Positions 11,838 to 21,115 of a DNA stretch of 64,000 bases are shown in pieces; position 1 is the stretch's first letter, and each line of letters opens with the position of its first letter. The translations under genes and the position numbers were made by a program. Location of the stretch: positions 6,362 to 70,361 of the forward strand of contig CALSVI010000019.1 in NCBI GenBank assembly GCA_943840615.1, given 5' to 3'. The notes below the pieces were generated by a model. It made no database searches. It saw only the letters and a program-made list of their open reading frames with translations, and was not told where the DNA came from. The DNA is from an uncultured Luminiphilus sp. (lineage in GTDB: Bacteria; Pseudomonadota; Gammaproteobacteria; Pseudomonadales; Halieaceae).

Positions 11838-13204
11838 GCTGTTGCCCGCGCCTCCAGTTGTGTCATGAGCTGATGATGGAGACCGCCAAAACCCCCGTTA
11901 CTCATCACCACGATGGTATCGCCGGAAGTGGCCAACGCCAGCGCTCTGTCAATCATTGTATCGATACTTTGAAAGACCTCTTGTTCTGGCGCAGCGCCTA
12001 CGGCACTGCCCAGCTCCCAGTTCATCTCTGCCGGCTCAAACCACAGGGTGTGGTCTGCCGCCCGAGCAGCCGCGGCGAGATGTGCCCGATGCTCTCCCAT
12101 CCGCATGGTATTGGATCGGGGCTCAATCAGAGCGATCAGCTTGCCTGCCGACGTTTGCGGCCGCAGCGCTAAAAGCGTGCTCTCGATAGCAGTGGGATGA
12201 TGCGCAAAATCGTCATAAACCGCTATATCGCCGGGTTTGCCGAGTAACTCCAGTCGACGCTTGACCCCCTTGAATGTGGTCAGCGCCAAGACCGCGTCTT
12301 CCAATGAAATACCCACATGGGCCGCAGCCGCAATCGCGGCCGCTGCATTGGCCGCGTTGTGAGCCCCAATGAGGGACCATTGTAGTGAAGCCACAGCGCC
12401 ATCGGGAGTACCGATCTCCACCCTGTCTGCCTGCGCAGACAAGGCTCGCCAAGACCAGCCGTCATCGGCTGACGCTTGCACAGTCACCGTAGGACTCCAG
12501 ACACCTCGCTCCAGCACCCGGTCGATCGCGGCACCGTCACCCCGAATAATTAAGCCCTCAGCCGGAATACAGCGCACCAAATGATGGAACTGAGTCTCGA
12601 TAGCGGCCAGATCCGGAAAAATATCGGCGTGGTCATACTCCAGATTATTGATGATCACGGTCTTAGGGCGGTAATGAACAAACTTGGAGCGCTTGTCGAA
12701 GAAGGCAGAGTCGTACTCGTCTGCTTCCACCACAAAATAGCGGCCACCGCCCATTCGCGCCGACACACCGAAATTGGAGGGCACGCCACCAATGAGAAAA
12801 CCCGGCTCAAGCCCGGCGCAATCCAAAATCCACGCCAACATACTGGCAGTGGTGGTTTTACCATGGGTTCCCGCCGCTGCTAGTACCCATTGATCATGCA
12901 GAATATGTCGTCCCAACCACTCGGGCCCCGACGTGTAGTGAAGGCCCTCATTGAGCATTGCCTCAACAACGGGCTGCCCACGAGACAGCGCATTGCCCAC
13001 CACCACGCATCCTGGCGCTGGTGACAATTGCTCGGCCTCATAACCGTCTACCAGGGAAATGCCGCTCTCCAGAAGCTGGGTGCTCATTGGCGGGTAGACG
13101 TTGCGGTCCGATCCGGTCACTGAAAAACCGCGCTCCCGAGCGAGCAGCGCAAGTCCGCCCATGAAAGTGCCGCAAATACCCAGAATGTGAATGTGATCGG
13201 ACAA
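11834..13204 (-). CDS. mpl: UDP-N-acetylmuramate:L-Ala-gamma-D-Glu-meso-DAP ligase
   Basis: HIHILGICGTFMGGLA, GTHGKTTT, EADEYDSAFFDKRSKF, DDFAHHPTAI, EPRSNTM. TTG start at 13204 has GGAG upstream. Confidence 0.95.
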   Translation of the reverse strand: MSDHIHILGICGTFMGGLALLARERGFSVTGSDRNVYPPMSTQLLESGISLVDGYEAEQLSPAPGCVVVGNALSRGQPVVEAMLNEGLHYTSGPEWLGRHILHDQWVLAAAGTHGKTTTASMLAWILDCAGLEPGFLIGGVPSNFGVSARMGGGRYFVVEADEYDSAFFDKRSKFVHYRPKTVIINNLEYDHADIFPDLAAIETQFHHLVRCIPAEGLIIRGDGAAIDRVLERGVWSPTVTVQASADDGWSWRALSAQADRVEIGTPDGAVASLQWSLIGAHNAANAAAAIAAAAHVGISLEDAVLALTTFKGVKRRLELLGKPGDIAVYDDFAHHPTAIESTLLALRPQTSAGKLIALIEPRSNTMRMGEHRAHLAAAARAADHTLWFEPAEMNWELGSAVGAAPEQEVFQSIDTMIDRALALATSGDTIVVMSNGGFGGLHHQLMTQLEARATA

Positions 13205-13307
13205 GGAGATTCTCCACGCAGGGGGGAGATTATCACGGGCAGTTTGCCATTGGGTCTCACGAGGTCTACGGTACGCACTCCTTGTCAGTCCAGCCAAATT
13301 TTTGATC

Positions 13308-14567
13308 ATGAGCAAGCGCAATCTTTTCTATGCCCAGTCCGGCGGTGTCACCCCGGTTATCAATGCCTCCGCGGCAGGTGTCATTCAAACCGCCAGAGCG
13401 CATCCTGAGCGGATCGGTAAAGTCTTGGCCGGGCAAAACGGGATTCTCGGCGCATTGCGAGAGGAACTGATTGACACGTCCCGGGAAAGCCGCCGCGCCA
13501 TTGATGGACTGATGAGCACGCCAGGTGGCGCTTTCGGCTCGTGTCGGTACAAACTGAAAAGTCTCGCCGAGAATCGCCACGAGTACGAGCGGCTCATCAA
13601 CGTTTTTCGCGCCCACAACATTGGTTACTTTCTGTATAACGGAGGGGGCGATTCAGCGGACACCTGCCTTAAGGTGTCCCAGATTAGCGCTCAGATGGGT
13701 TATCCCATTCAGGCCATCCACGTGCCGAAAACGATCGACAATGACCTGCCGCTCACCGACAACTGCCCCGGATTCGGTTCCGTAGCGAAGTACGTCGCCA
13801 TCTCCACTCGCGAGGCAGCACTGGATATCGAGTCGATGTGTGCGACCTCTACCAAAGTTTTTATCCTCGAAGTGATGGGCCGACATGCCGGATGGATCGC
13901 CGGCGCCAGCGCCCTCGCAGCTAGCGAGCGAGGTGATGCACCCCATATCATTTTGCTGCCCGAGATTGCTTTTGATGAGGAGCGGTTTCTCAGCAAAGTC
14001 TCGCAGTGTGTCGACCGGCACGGTTACTGCGTGGTCGTCGCCTCCGAAGGCACCAGCACCGCGGATGGCCGGCTACTCTCAGATCAGGGTGAGCGCGATG
14101 CCTTTGGCCACGCCCAGTTGGGTGGCTTGGCGCCACTGCTCGCAGCAATGGTGAAGGAGCGACATGGGTATAAGCACCATTGGGCGGTCGCAGACTACTT
14201 GCAGCGTGCCGCTCGCCACATTGCCAGTCAAACTGACGTCGATCAGGCCTTCGCGCTGGGTGAGGCCGCAGTAGGGCTGGCGATCGACGGCGCCAATGCC
14301 GTGATGCCCGCCATCGAAAGGCTGTCCACCCGACCCTATCGCTGGCGTATCGGCACTGCGCCGCTGCATCGTGTCGCCAACCGCGAAAAGAAAATGCCTC
14401 GGCGCTTCATTACCAAGGACGGTTTTGGCATCACAGCAGCAGGCAAAGCTTACTTCGAACCGCTCATTGCGGGTGAGGCGTACCCCGATTACCAAAAAGG
14501 GATGCCCCGCTACACGCGCTTAAAAAGGGTGTTGGTGCCCAAGCGCTGCGACCCTTGGTCTGAATAG
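13308..14567 (+). CDS. 6-phosphofructokinase (likely PPi-dependent Pfp type)
   Basis: AQSGGVTPVIN, GGGDS, PKTIDNDL, EVMGRHAGW. GGGD+PKTIDND is the PPi-type signature. Confidence 0.9.
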   Translation: MSKRNLFYAQSGGVTPVINASAAGVIQTARAHPERIGKVLAGQNGILGALREELIDTSRESRRAIDGLMSTPGGAFGSCRYKLKSLAENRHEYERLINVFRAHNIGYFLYNGGGDSADTCLKVSQISAQMGYPIQAIHVPKTIDNDLPLTDNCPGFGSVAKYVAISTREAALDIESMCATSTKVFILEVMGRHAGWIAGASALAASERGDAPHIILLPEIAFDEERFLSKVSQCVDRHGYCVVVASEGTSTADGRLLSDQGERDAFGHAQLGGLAPLLAAMVKERHGYKHHWAVADYLQRAARHIASQTDVDQAFALGEAAVGLAIDGANAVMPAIERLSTRPYRWRIGTAPLHRVANREKKMPRRFITKDGFGITAAGKAYFEPLIAGEAYPDYQKGMPRYTRLKRVLVPKRCDPWSE

Positions 14568-14612
14568 CCCCCTCTTGCAGTCCGTGAGGCCCTGCTGACG
14601 GCCGGGCCGGCT

Positions 14613-15332
14613 TTATATCCCGTCAACAAATCTGGCTAGCAGCGCCGCTGCTTGCGGCTCGATCACCCCCAACATTGCCAATGGCTCATGGGTAATACCT
14701 AACCCGTCCGGCTCTCCCCGCCACAGAGGCATTAGCGTTTCCAGTGATTCCGCGTTTTGGTAATGGCGCGCGACAGGGCGATAGCTGATATGCCAAGCCT
14801 CCGGTGCAACGCCACCCCGGTCGAGTGCATAAGGCTTGAAAAACCCTTCCGCGTCGTCAGCTTGCATCCGCTCATCCAGCCAGCGTGTCATGTCTGAGAA
14901 CACGCCACCCATCTCGTATTCAGTGGGAGACAAACTGAGCTGATAGTCCTCGCTAACCGCTGCGGCGTCCCAAATATCAAGGTCGGTGCCCCAGTGATGC
15001 CTCGACGTACCGGGCAGCGCCGAAAATCGCAAGATGGTGCTCAGCCAGACGACATCGGTTTGTGAAGTTCGCTCCAGTATCTGGCCGTCGGCATCCGTGA
15101 CAGACCGCAGGCCCCGCCATTTATCATTGACAATCCGGAGCTGACGATCATAGCCTCGAAAGGCTGAGGCTATGCGAAGATCATGGCCCTCAGCGGCCGC
15201 TCGCTCTGCCAGCACCTGAAAAGCCGCAGCGGTGTTGGATTCAACCTGCACACCGTCCGCCACCGACACGAGATGGTCAGTCGTGAGCCCCAATGCGACC
15301 AGCGATTCCGGCATAGCTACAGCATTTCCCAC
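14613..15332 (-). CDS. M15 family D-alanyl-D-alanine carboxypeptidase
   Basis: SAFRGYDRQ, SALPGTSRHHWGTDLD, EAWH. Confidence 0.9.
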   Translation of the reverse strand: MGNAVAMPESLVALGLTTDHLVSVADGVQVESNTAAAFQVLAERAAAEGHDLRIASAFRGYDRQLRIVNDKWRGLRSVTDADGQILERTSQTDVVWLSTILRFSALPGTSRHHWGTDLDIWDAAAVSEDYQLSLSPTEYEMGGVFSDMTRWLDERMQADDAEGFFKPYALDRGGVAPEAWHISYRPVARHYQNAESLETLMPLWRGEPDGLGITHEPLAMLGVIEPQAAALLARFVDGI

Positions 15333-16018
15333 TTTCTTACCGAGCGAGGATAGATCCCTCGGGTCGTGATGTCATTGAAAAGGGTATAAACCTCCAATCC
15401 TTCAGCCAAAGCCTGACGTAACTGCGCAGAATAAGTCGGGTCAATATCTGCGGCGGGGGTCACGGACGCGATGCCTTCATGCAAGACACAAAAGATCAGC
15501 GCAGCGCGGTGTCCACGCCGCATCGCCGACCGCAATTCGATGAGATGCTTGGTCGCACGATGACTGACGGTGTCGGGAAAAGCGCCCTTGCCGCCTCCAC
15601 AGTGAAGCGTTACCGACTTGACCTCAAGATAGGTGCCTTGCGCAGAGGGAATAAAGAAATCTGCCCTCGCACCCTCGCACAGCAACGGCTCTCGCTGTAA
15701 CGCCTCACTTTGCGAAAACAGGGTCGGAAACAATCCGCGCCGCAAACCCTCCTCGACGACACGATTTGCCAGTAATGAATGGATGCACACAAGACCGGTC
15801 TCGGTGCTTATCAATTCCCATGTCCAGGCTAATTTTCGGCGGGGACTGTCGTGGTAAGACAGCCACACAGCCGCGTCGAAGGTCTGGCACCCCGTCATAG
15901 CCCCCGTATTTGGGCAATGCACAGTCACTTCGCCACCCTCGTCGGGCAATTCAATGTCTGCCAGAAACCGCTTATATCGCCGCAACAGCCTGCCGACCGT
16001 TAAGGGCGGAAAGTCCAT
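15317..16018 (-). CDS. sfsA: DNA/RNA nuclease SfsA
   Basis: RRYKRFLAD, HCPNTGAM, EVKSVTL, FPDTVS.RA.KHL. Confidence 0.95.
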   Translation of the reverse strand: MDFPPLTVGRLLRRYKRFLADIELPDEGGEVTVHCPNTGAMTGCQTFDAAVWLSYHDSPRRKLAWTWELISTETGLVCIHSLLANRVVEEGLRRGLFPTLFSQSEALQREPLLCEGARADFFIPSAQGTYLEVKSVTLHCGGGKGAFPDTVSHRATKHLIELRSAMRRGHRAALIFCVLHEGIASVTPAADIDPTYSAQLRQALAEGLEVYTLFNDITTRGIYPRSVRKWEML

Positions 16019-16185
16019 ATCAACTCAATCCCGATTCGCCCGTGACACATTCGAAGACCGCCGAGCGAAATTACCCGCCCCAACCAAAATCAGCGGTAGC
16101 ATGGATCGCTGAACTCTGGTAGCTTCCCGTGCCCAATTGGTCCCGACAAAGTCTGTCACGACACTCTACGAGGAACCGCACCATC

Positions 16186-17115
16186 ATGGCCAGTCGAAAA
16201 CCTGCCGCCAAGAAGGCTCCGGCAAAGAAAAAAGCTGTCGCCAAAAAAGCGCCCGCTAAAAAGGCTCCGGCAAAGAAAAAAGCTGCCGCCAAAAAAGCGC
16301 CCGCTAAAAAGGCTCCGGCAAAGAAAAAAGCTGTCGCCAAAAAAGCGCCCGCTAAAAAGGCTCCGGCAAAGAAAAAAGCTGCCGCCAAAAAAGCGCCCGC
16401 TAAAAAGGCTCCGGCAAAGAAAAAAGCTGTCGCCAAAAAAGCGCCCGCTAAAAAGGCTCCGGCAAAGAAAAAAGCTGTCGCCAAAAAAGCGCCCGCTAAA
16501 AAGGCTCCGGCAAAGAAAAAAGCTGCCGCCAAAAAAGCGCCCGCTAAAAAGGCTCCGGCAAAGAAAAAAGCTGCCGCCAAAAAAGCGCCCGCTAAAAAGG
16601 CTCCGGCAAAGAAAAAAGCTGTCGCCACAAAAGCACCCGCTAAAAAGGCTCCCGCAAAGAAAAAAGCGTCTCCGAAGCTCGCTCGGGCTGTCGGTCAGCT
16701 ACAGAAGTTTGATGACTTCAAGCCCTACAAACCCGGGCGCGGCGAAAGCTACATGAACGATGAGCAAATCGAGCATTTCCAGGGCATTTTGTTCAACTGG
16801 CGGGGCGAATTGGTCGATGAAGTCAGTCGAACTGTGTCTCACATGAAAGATGAGGCAGCCAATTTCCCCGACCCCGCGGACCGCGCAACGCAGGAGGAGG
16901 AGTTCAGCCTTGAGCTGCGAACTCGCGACCGTGAGCGGAAGTTGATCAAGAAAATCGACTCGACGCTGGATCGGCTTCAAAACGATGACTATGGGTACTG
17001 TGATGCCTGTGGTATCGAAATTGGCATTCAACGGCTGGAAGCCCGCCCTACCGCAACACTGTGCATCGACTGCAAGACGCTTGCCGAGATCAAGGAGCGG
17101 CAGGAGCTGGGTTGA
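16186..17115 (+). CDS. dksA: RNA polymerase-binding factor DksA with long Lys/Ala/Pro N-terminal repeat
   Basis: C-terminal [28 protein letters not shown] and 4-Cys finger (CDAC...CIDC); AGGA upstream of ATG 16186. Confidence 0.95.
   Translation: MASRKPAAKKAPAKKKAVAKKAPAKKAPAKKKAAAKKAPAKKAPAKKKAVAKKAPAKKAPAKKKAAAKKAPAKKAPAKKKAVAKKAPAKKAPAKKKAVAKKAPAKKAPAKKKAAAKKAPAKKAPAKKKAAAKKAPAKKAPAKKKAVATKAPAKKAPAKKKASPKLARAVGQLQKFDDFKPYKPGRGESYMNDEQIEHFQGILFNWRGELVDEVSRTVSHMKDEAANFPDPADRATQEEEFSLELRTRDRERKLIKKIDSTLDRLQNDDYGYCDACGIEIGIQRLEARPTATLCIDCKTLAEIKERQELG
16213..16668 (+). repeat. Coding tandem repeat: 9 copies plus a partial copy of a 48-bp unit (KAPAKKKA[V/A]AKKAPAK)
   Basis: aaggctccggcaaagaaaaaagctgYcgccaaaaaagcgcccgctaaa starts at 16213, 16261, 16309 ... 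16597. Confidence 0.97.
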
Positions 17116-17981
17116 GCACCGTAGCGACCGCCAACGACCCCACCCCCTACAGAGGGCGTTTTGCGCCCTCACCCACCGGTCCCCTGCATGCGGGATCTCT
17201 GGTCGCGGCATTGGCCAGCTTTTTAGATGCCAGGCACTGCAGCGGTGCGTGGCAGCTCCGCGTCGATGATATCGACCCACCAAGAGCCGTTGCCGGCAGT
17301 GTGGAAGCCATCACCGGTGCGCTGAGCGCCCATGGTCTTTTTTGGGACGGGCCCCTCGTTTTCCAGTCTGCCTCAGACACCCGATATGAGCGCGCATTGC
17401 AACGCTTGACCAACATGGGATGCTTATTTCGCTGTCGTTGCACGCGGGCAACCCTCTCTGATCGCGGCAGTTGTGGCCAGAATTGCGAAGACCGGGAAAT
17501 CAGCAGCGGTGAGCCGCACAGCCTGCGCGTCAAAACTCATCCGGAACAGATGCACGGATTCGAGGATCGCTTCCTTGGAATACAGTCGGTTTTCGCAGAC
17601 ACGATTCCTAAGGACTTTATCGTAAAGCGCAGAGATGGGCTTTATGCCTATCAACTTGCTGCGGCCATCGACGACGCGCAACCCCATTTCACCCACATCG
17701 TCAGAGGTGCGGATCTTTTGGATTCGACTTATCGGCAGCGATGGTTGCAGCAGCTCCTCAAACTTGAGGCGCCAGCCTATGGCCATGTCCCCGTCGTGCT
17801 GGATGAGGCGGGGAATAAGCTCAGCAAACAGGCAGGCGCAGCCGCACTGGATACCCGTCAGCCTGAGGACAATCTGCGAGCAGGTTTACGTCATTTGGGT
17901 CAAACGGCACCCCCCAGCTCGGCACGGAGCGTGGCCGAGATTCTTACCCACGCCGTCGAATATTGGACAGTGGGAAAATAA
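17112..17981 (+). CDS. gluQ: Glutamyl-Q tRNA(Asp) synthetase
   Basis: [29 protein letters not shown] start overlaps the dksA stop. Confidence 0.94.
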   Translation: MSTVATANDPTPYRGRFAPSPTGPLHAGSLVAALASFLDARHCSGAWQLRVDDIDPPRAVAGSVEAITGALSAHGLFWDGPLVFQSASDTRYERALQRLTNMGCLFRCRCTRATLSDRGSCGQNCEDREISSGEPHSLRVKTHPEQMHGFEDRFLGIQSVFADTIPKDFIVKRRDGLYAYQLAAAIDDAQPHFTHIVRGADLLDSTYRQRWLQQLLKLEAPAYGHVPVVLDEAGNKLSKQAGAAALDTRQPEDNLRAGLRHLGQTAPPSSARSVAEILTHAVEYWTVGK

Positions 17982-18072
17982 TCAACACCTCTGCCTGAAT
18001 GTGTTACTTTTTAACTCGCGCACCGAGAGATCCTCGGTAACATATCGTCTCGCGATACAGGTTTAGGGCTGC

Positions 18073-19422
18073 ATGCGAATACAGTTGGTCGAAAAAGATC
18101 CGGAGTTGTTGGAACAGCTGACCCGGAGACTTGAGGAAGCGGGCGTGAATGTGACCGCCACTGCGCCTCGAAGTGAAGAAGAGCTCGCCCACTGGCAGCC
18201 AGAGGGCGATCTGATTGTGGCCGGCCATCACCCCTTATTTGCAGATCTGAAAGTGCTCGCCCGAAGTGCTTGGCCCAGGCCACTGATCGCGCTGCTGCCC
18301 ACACTTGACCCTTGCGCCATCGTAAAAGCAGCGCGAGCCGGCGCCATGGATGTATTCGACCGAACCGCTGGCATCAACCCGATTGCGGAGTGGATCGTCC
18401 ATTGGCGCGAACAGCACGAGGCATCGCAATCAACTCGTCGCCTCAGCGATCACTTTTATAGTGACACCTGTTCTTTCATGCAAACGCTTCAGAGCACCAT
18501 CGAACGGGTCGCATTAACCGATTCGACAGTGCTGATTGTCGGCGAAACAGGGACTGGTAAAGAACTCGCGGCTCGGCAAGTCCACCGGATCAGCCCACGG
18601 CGAGAGGCATCCATCATCACCGTGAACTGCGCCGCTATTCCCGAAACACTCATTGAATCGGAATTGTTCGGCTACGAGAAAGGTGCGTTTACGGGCGCAA
18701 CGAATAACCGCGTCGGGCTCATCGAAGCGGCGCACGGGGGGACTCTGTTCTTGGACGAAATTGGCGAGCTGCCCCTTGCCGCGCAAGCCCGCCTGTTGCG
18801 CTTCATGCAAGAGGGTGAGATCCGCAGAATTGGCTCAGTGACTAGCAAAAAAGTAGACGTTCGGCTGATCTGTGCGACCCATCGTAATCTTGCAGAGCTT
18901 TCGGAACACAATGAATTCCGCAGAGACCTTTTTTACCGTATCGACGTACTGAGGCTGGACATTCCCCCTTTGCGCGAACGCGAGGGCGATATTATTGCAA
19001 TGGCTAACTGGTTCATCGAGCAACAGTCGCACAAACTGGGGGTTCCCGCTAAACCTCTCTCGAAAAGTAGCCTGCAAATCCTTGAAGCACATCATTGGCC
19101 TGGCAACGTTCGCGAGTTACAGAACGTGATCGAACGCGCGCTGGTCATGTCGATGGGTGCGTCTCTGGAGATCACTTTGTCGACTGGCGCAGTGTCCGGT
19201 TATGCGGAGCATGAGGAAGGCGGCGCCTCAACCACCAGGTTGGGTGCTGATGACAGCTCGCAAGAGCTGTCGCTGGAAGATTATTTCCAGCGTTTCGTGT
19301 TGCAGCATCAGGACGCTATGAATGAAACGGAGCTTGCACAAAAACTGGGCATCAGCCGTAAATGCCTCTGGGAGCGCCGACAGCGATTCGGTATCCCGCG
19401 CGAGAAACAAAAATCTGCGTGA
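18073..19422 (+). CDS. cbrB: Sigma-54 enhancer-binding protein, CbrB orthologue with degenerate receiver domain
   Basis: [40 protein letters not shown]-terminus [37 protein letters not shown] is CbrB-like; located between gluQ and pcnB. Confidence 0.88.
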   Translation: MRIQLVEKDPELLEQLTRRLEEAGVNVTATAPRSEEELAHWQPEGDLIVAGHHPLFADLKVLARSAWPRPLIALLPTLDPCAIVKAARAGAMDVFDRTAGINPIAEWIVHWREQHEASQSTRRLSDHFYSDTCSFMQTLQSTIERVALTDSTVLIVGETGTGKELAARQVHRISPRREASIITVNCAAIPETLIESELFGYEKGAFTGATNNRVGLIEAAHGGTLFLDEIGELPLAAQARLLRFMQEGEIRRIGSVTSKKVDVRLICATHRNLAELSEHNEFRRDLFYRIDVLRLDIPPLREREGDIIAMANWFIEQQSHKLGVPAKPLSKSSLQILEAHHWPGNVRELQNVIERALVMSMGASLEITLSTGAVSGYAEHEEGGASTTRLGADDSSQELSLEDYFQRFVLQHQDAMNETELAQKLGISRKCLWERRQRFGIPREKQKSA

Positions 19423-19446
19423 TCGTTCCCTTTGTGGAGAACATTT

Positions 19447-19473
19447 GTAACACTGAGGTGCAAATCCGTAACA
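19447..19473 (+). promoter_or_regulatory. Putative CbrB enhancer subsites GTAACA-N15-GTAACA
   Basis: GTAACA at 19447-19452 and 19468-19473, about 75-100 bp upstream of a sigma-54 box. TGTTAC/GTAACA is the CbrB subsite in Pseudomonas. Confidence 0.7.
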
Positions 19474-19547
19474 CCTACATTCCTAAAGACCGCCGAAATA
19501 CGGTCAAAATCTGGACAACACAATGTTTTTAATGGCTTTTTCGTATG

Positions 19548-19563
19548 TGGCACGTGCCCTGCA
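19548..19563 (+). promoter_or_regulatory. Sigma-54 (-24/-12) promoter
   Basis: TGGCACGTGCCCTGCA with exact GG-N10-GC spacing. Confidence 0.88.
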
Positions 19564-19573
19564 CTTATTAGTG

Positions 19574-19662
19574 CAGAGCCTCAATAATAATAACTGGCCC
19601 AATAAAAACAACGATGTCATAACGGACCTGGGTGGGGAAGGCAACTTCCCCATGTTTCGTTT
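19574..19662 (+). ncRNA. Candidate minimal CrcZ-like Hfq-decoy sRNA; ends inferred
   Basis: Follows the sigma-54 box; AATAATAATAA (19583-19593) and AATAAAAACAA (19601-19611) AAnAAnAA motifs; then hairpin TGGGGAAG-GCAA-CTTCCCCA plus TGTTTCGTTT; sits at the crcZ position between cbrB and pcnB. Confidence 0.65.
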
Positions 19663-19703
19663 AGGGCCACACCTTTTCCCTACTTCAGCACTTCCCCCTC
19701 CCT

Positions 19704-19776
19704 CAACACTTTCCCGCGCCTTTAACACTTTCCCGGCCTTTAACACTTTCCCGGCCGTTAACACTTTCCCGGCCTT
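19704..19776. repeat. Non-coding 18-bp tandem repeat x4 (TAACACTTTCCCGGCCTT)
   Basis: Copies at 19704 (degenerate, 19 bp), 19723, 19741 (one mismatch) and 19759. Confidence 0.93.
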
Positions 19777-19840
19777 TGACAGTAGTCGCTTCCATTGGCT
19801 TTTTCTCTGATGCTTGCGCGCATCGCGGGGCAATCGAATT

Positions 19841-21115
19841 TTGACTGCCAATAAGCCAAAAGCGCTGGCATTTCAGTCTTCAGATTTTTCCCGCGGCGCA
19901 CTTATGGTGGTGGCGCAACTGCAAGAACAAGGTTTTGACGCATTTGTGGTCGGCGGTGCGGTACGGGATCTGCTTCTGGGTGAGCGCCCGAAAGACTTCG
20001 ACGTCGCCACCAATGCCACTCCAGAACAGATCAAACAATGCTTTCGCAATGCGCGCATTATCGGTCGGCGATTCCAGATTGTGCATGTTCGCTCAGCCGG
20101 CGAGATCATCGAAGTCACCACGTTTCGCAGGGGACACGACGTGTCTCACAGCGGACAGGAAGCCCGATCGGACTCGTCCGGGCGTCTGCTTCGGGATAAC
20201 GTGTATGGCACGCTCGAAGAAGATGCTCGGCGGCGCGATCTTACGATCAATGCCCTCTACTACGACACGCAGTCCAACACTTTAATCGACCAACTGGGCG
20301 GCTGCGCAGACGTGGACAGCCGAATCATCCGAATTATTGGTGATCCGGTGGAGCGCTACACGGAGGACCCGGTTCGAATGCTGAGAGTCCTGAGATTTGC
20401 TGCGCGCCTGCAATTTGAACTGGAATCCGAGACCGAGGCAGGGATAGCCAAGACGCTGGCGCTGCTGGAGGACATTCCGTCTGCCCGACTGTTCGACGAA
20501 TGGCTGAAGTTGTTCATGAATGGTTGCTCGGCACCGACCTTCAAATTACTCAGCTCACATCAATTACTGATCCGCCTGATGGGTGAAGGTGTCGATGACG
20601 CCTTGAATCCCGAGCCTGCCCAGAACCTGCAGCTCCTTGCGCTCAGCAACACAGATCAGCGAGTGGCTGATCAACGTCCTGTCACGCCGGCCTTTCTGCT
20701 CGCAGCGCTTTACTGGCCCGCCACGGAGCGGCGCGCTGAGACACTCCTGGCAGACGGAGAATCTCCTATTCAGGCGATGCATAGCGCCGGGCAACAGATT
20801 GTGCATGAGGCATGCCAGCATCTCGCCATACCCAAACGATTCTCTCTCGCTATGCGCGACATTTGGGATTTACAGCCGCGCCTTGAACGCATGCAGCCGA
20901 AAAAAATCAAGGACCTGCTCGCGCACCGATGGTTCCGAGCGGCATTCGACCTGCGCTTGCTTCGAGAAGAAACCGGTGCGCTGGGCGACGACTGCAGCGC
21001 GTTCTGGACCACCCAGCAAAAACAGCATCCAGAGCTCGTAGGGATCAATCGAGGTCGTCAGGATGAGCGCGCCAAGCGCCGACCAAGGCCCCGCCGCAGG
21101 AACCATAATCCGTGA
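19841..21115 (+). CDS. pcnB: Poly(A) polymerase I; start uncertain
   Basis: VGGAVRDLLLG..PKDFDV, IIGRRFQIVHV, RRDLTINAL, EDPVRMLR, Arg-rich tail. Confidence 0.95.
   Translation: MTANKPKALAFQSSDFSRGALMVVAQLQEQGFDAFVVGGAVRDLLLGERPKDFDVATNATPEQIKQCFRNARIIGRRFQIVHVRSAGEIIEVTTFRRGHDVSHSGQEARSDSSGRLLRDNVYGTLEEDARRRDLTINALYYDTQSNTLIDQLGGCADVDSRIIRIIGDPVERYTEDPVRMLRVLRFAARLQFELESETEAGIAKTLALLEDIPSARLFDEWLKLFMNGCSAPTFKLLSSHQLLIRLMGEGVDDALNPEPAQNLQLLALSNTDQRVADQRPVTPAFLLAALYWPATERRAETLLADGESPIQAMHSAGQQIVHEACQHLAIPKRFSLAMRDIWDLQPRLERMQPKKIKDLLAHRWFRAAFDLRLLREETGALGDDCSAFWTTQQKQHPELVGINRGRQDERAKRRPRPRRRNHNP

Noticed and set aside
16071-16628. 185-aa hydrophobic ORF ([11 protein letters not shown] repeats) on the minus strand
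   Set aside because: Antisense shadow of the dksA Lys/Ala/Pro repeat; open only because the repeat has no reverse-strand stops.
16213-16668. 48-bp repeat as a CRISPR array
   Set aside because: Head-to-tail units without spacers, in frame within dksA, no cas genes.
19504-19851. ORFs 19523..19810 (+) and 19504..19851 (-) with AFNTFP / KAGKVL repeats
   Set aside because: The plus ORF starts upstream of the sigma-54 box and overlaps the RNA motifs; both look like by-products of the 18-bp repeat, with no recognisable protein features.
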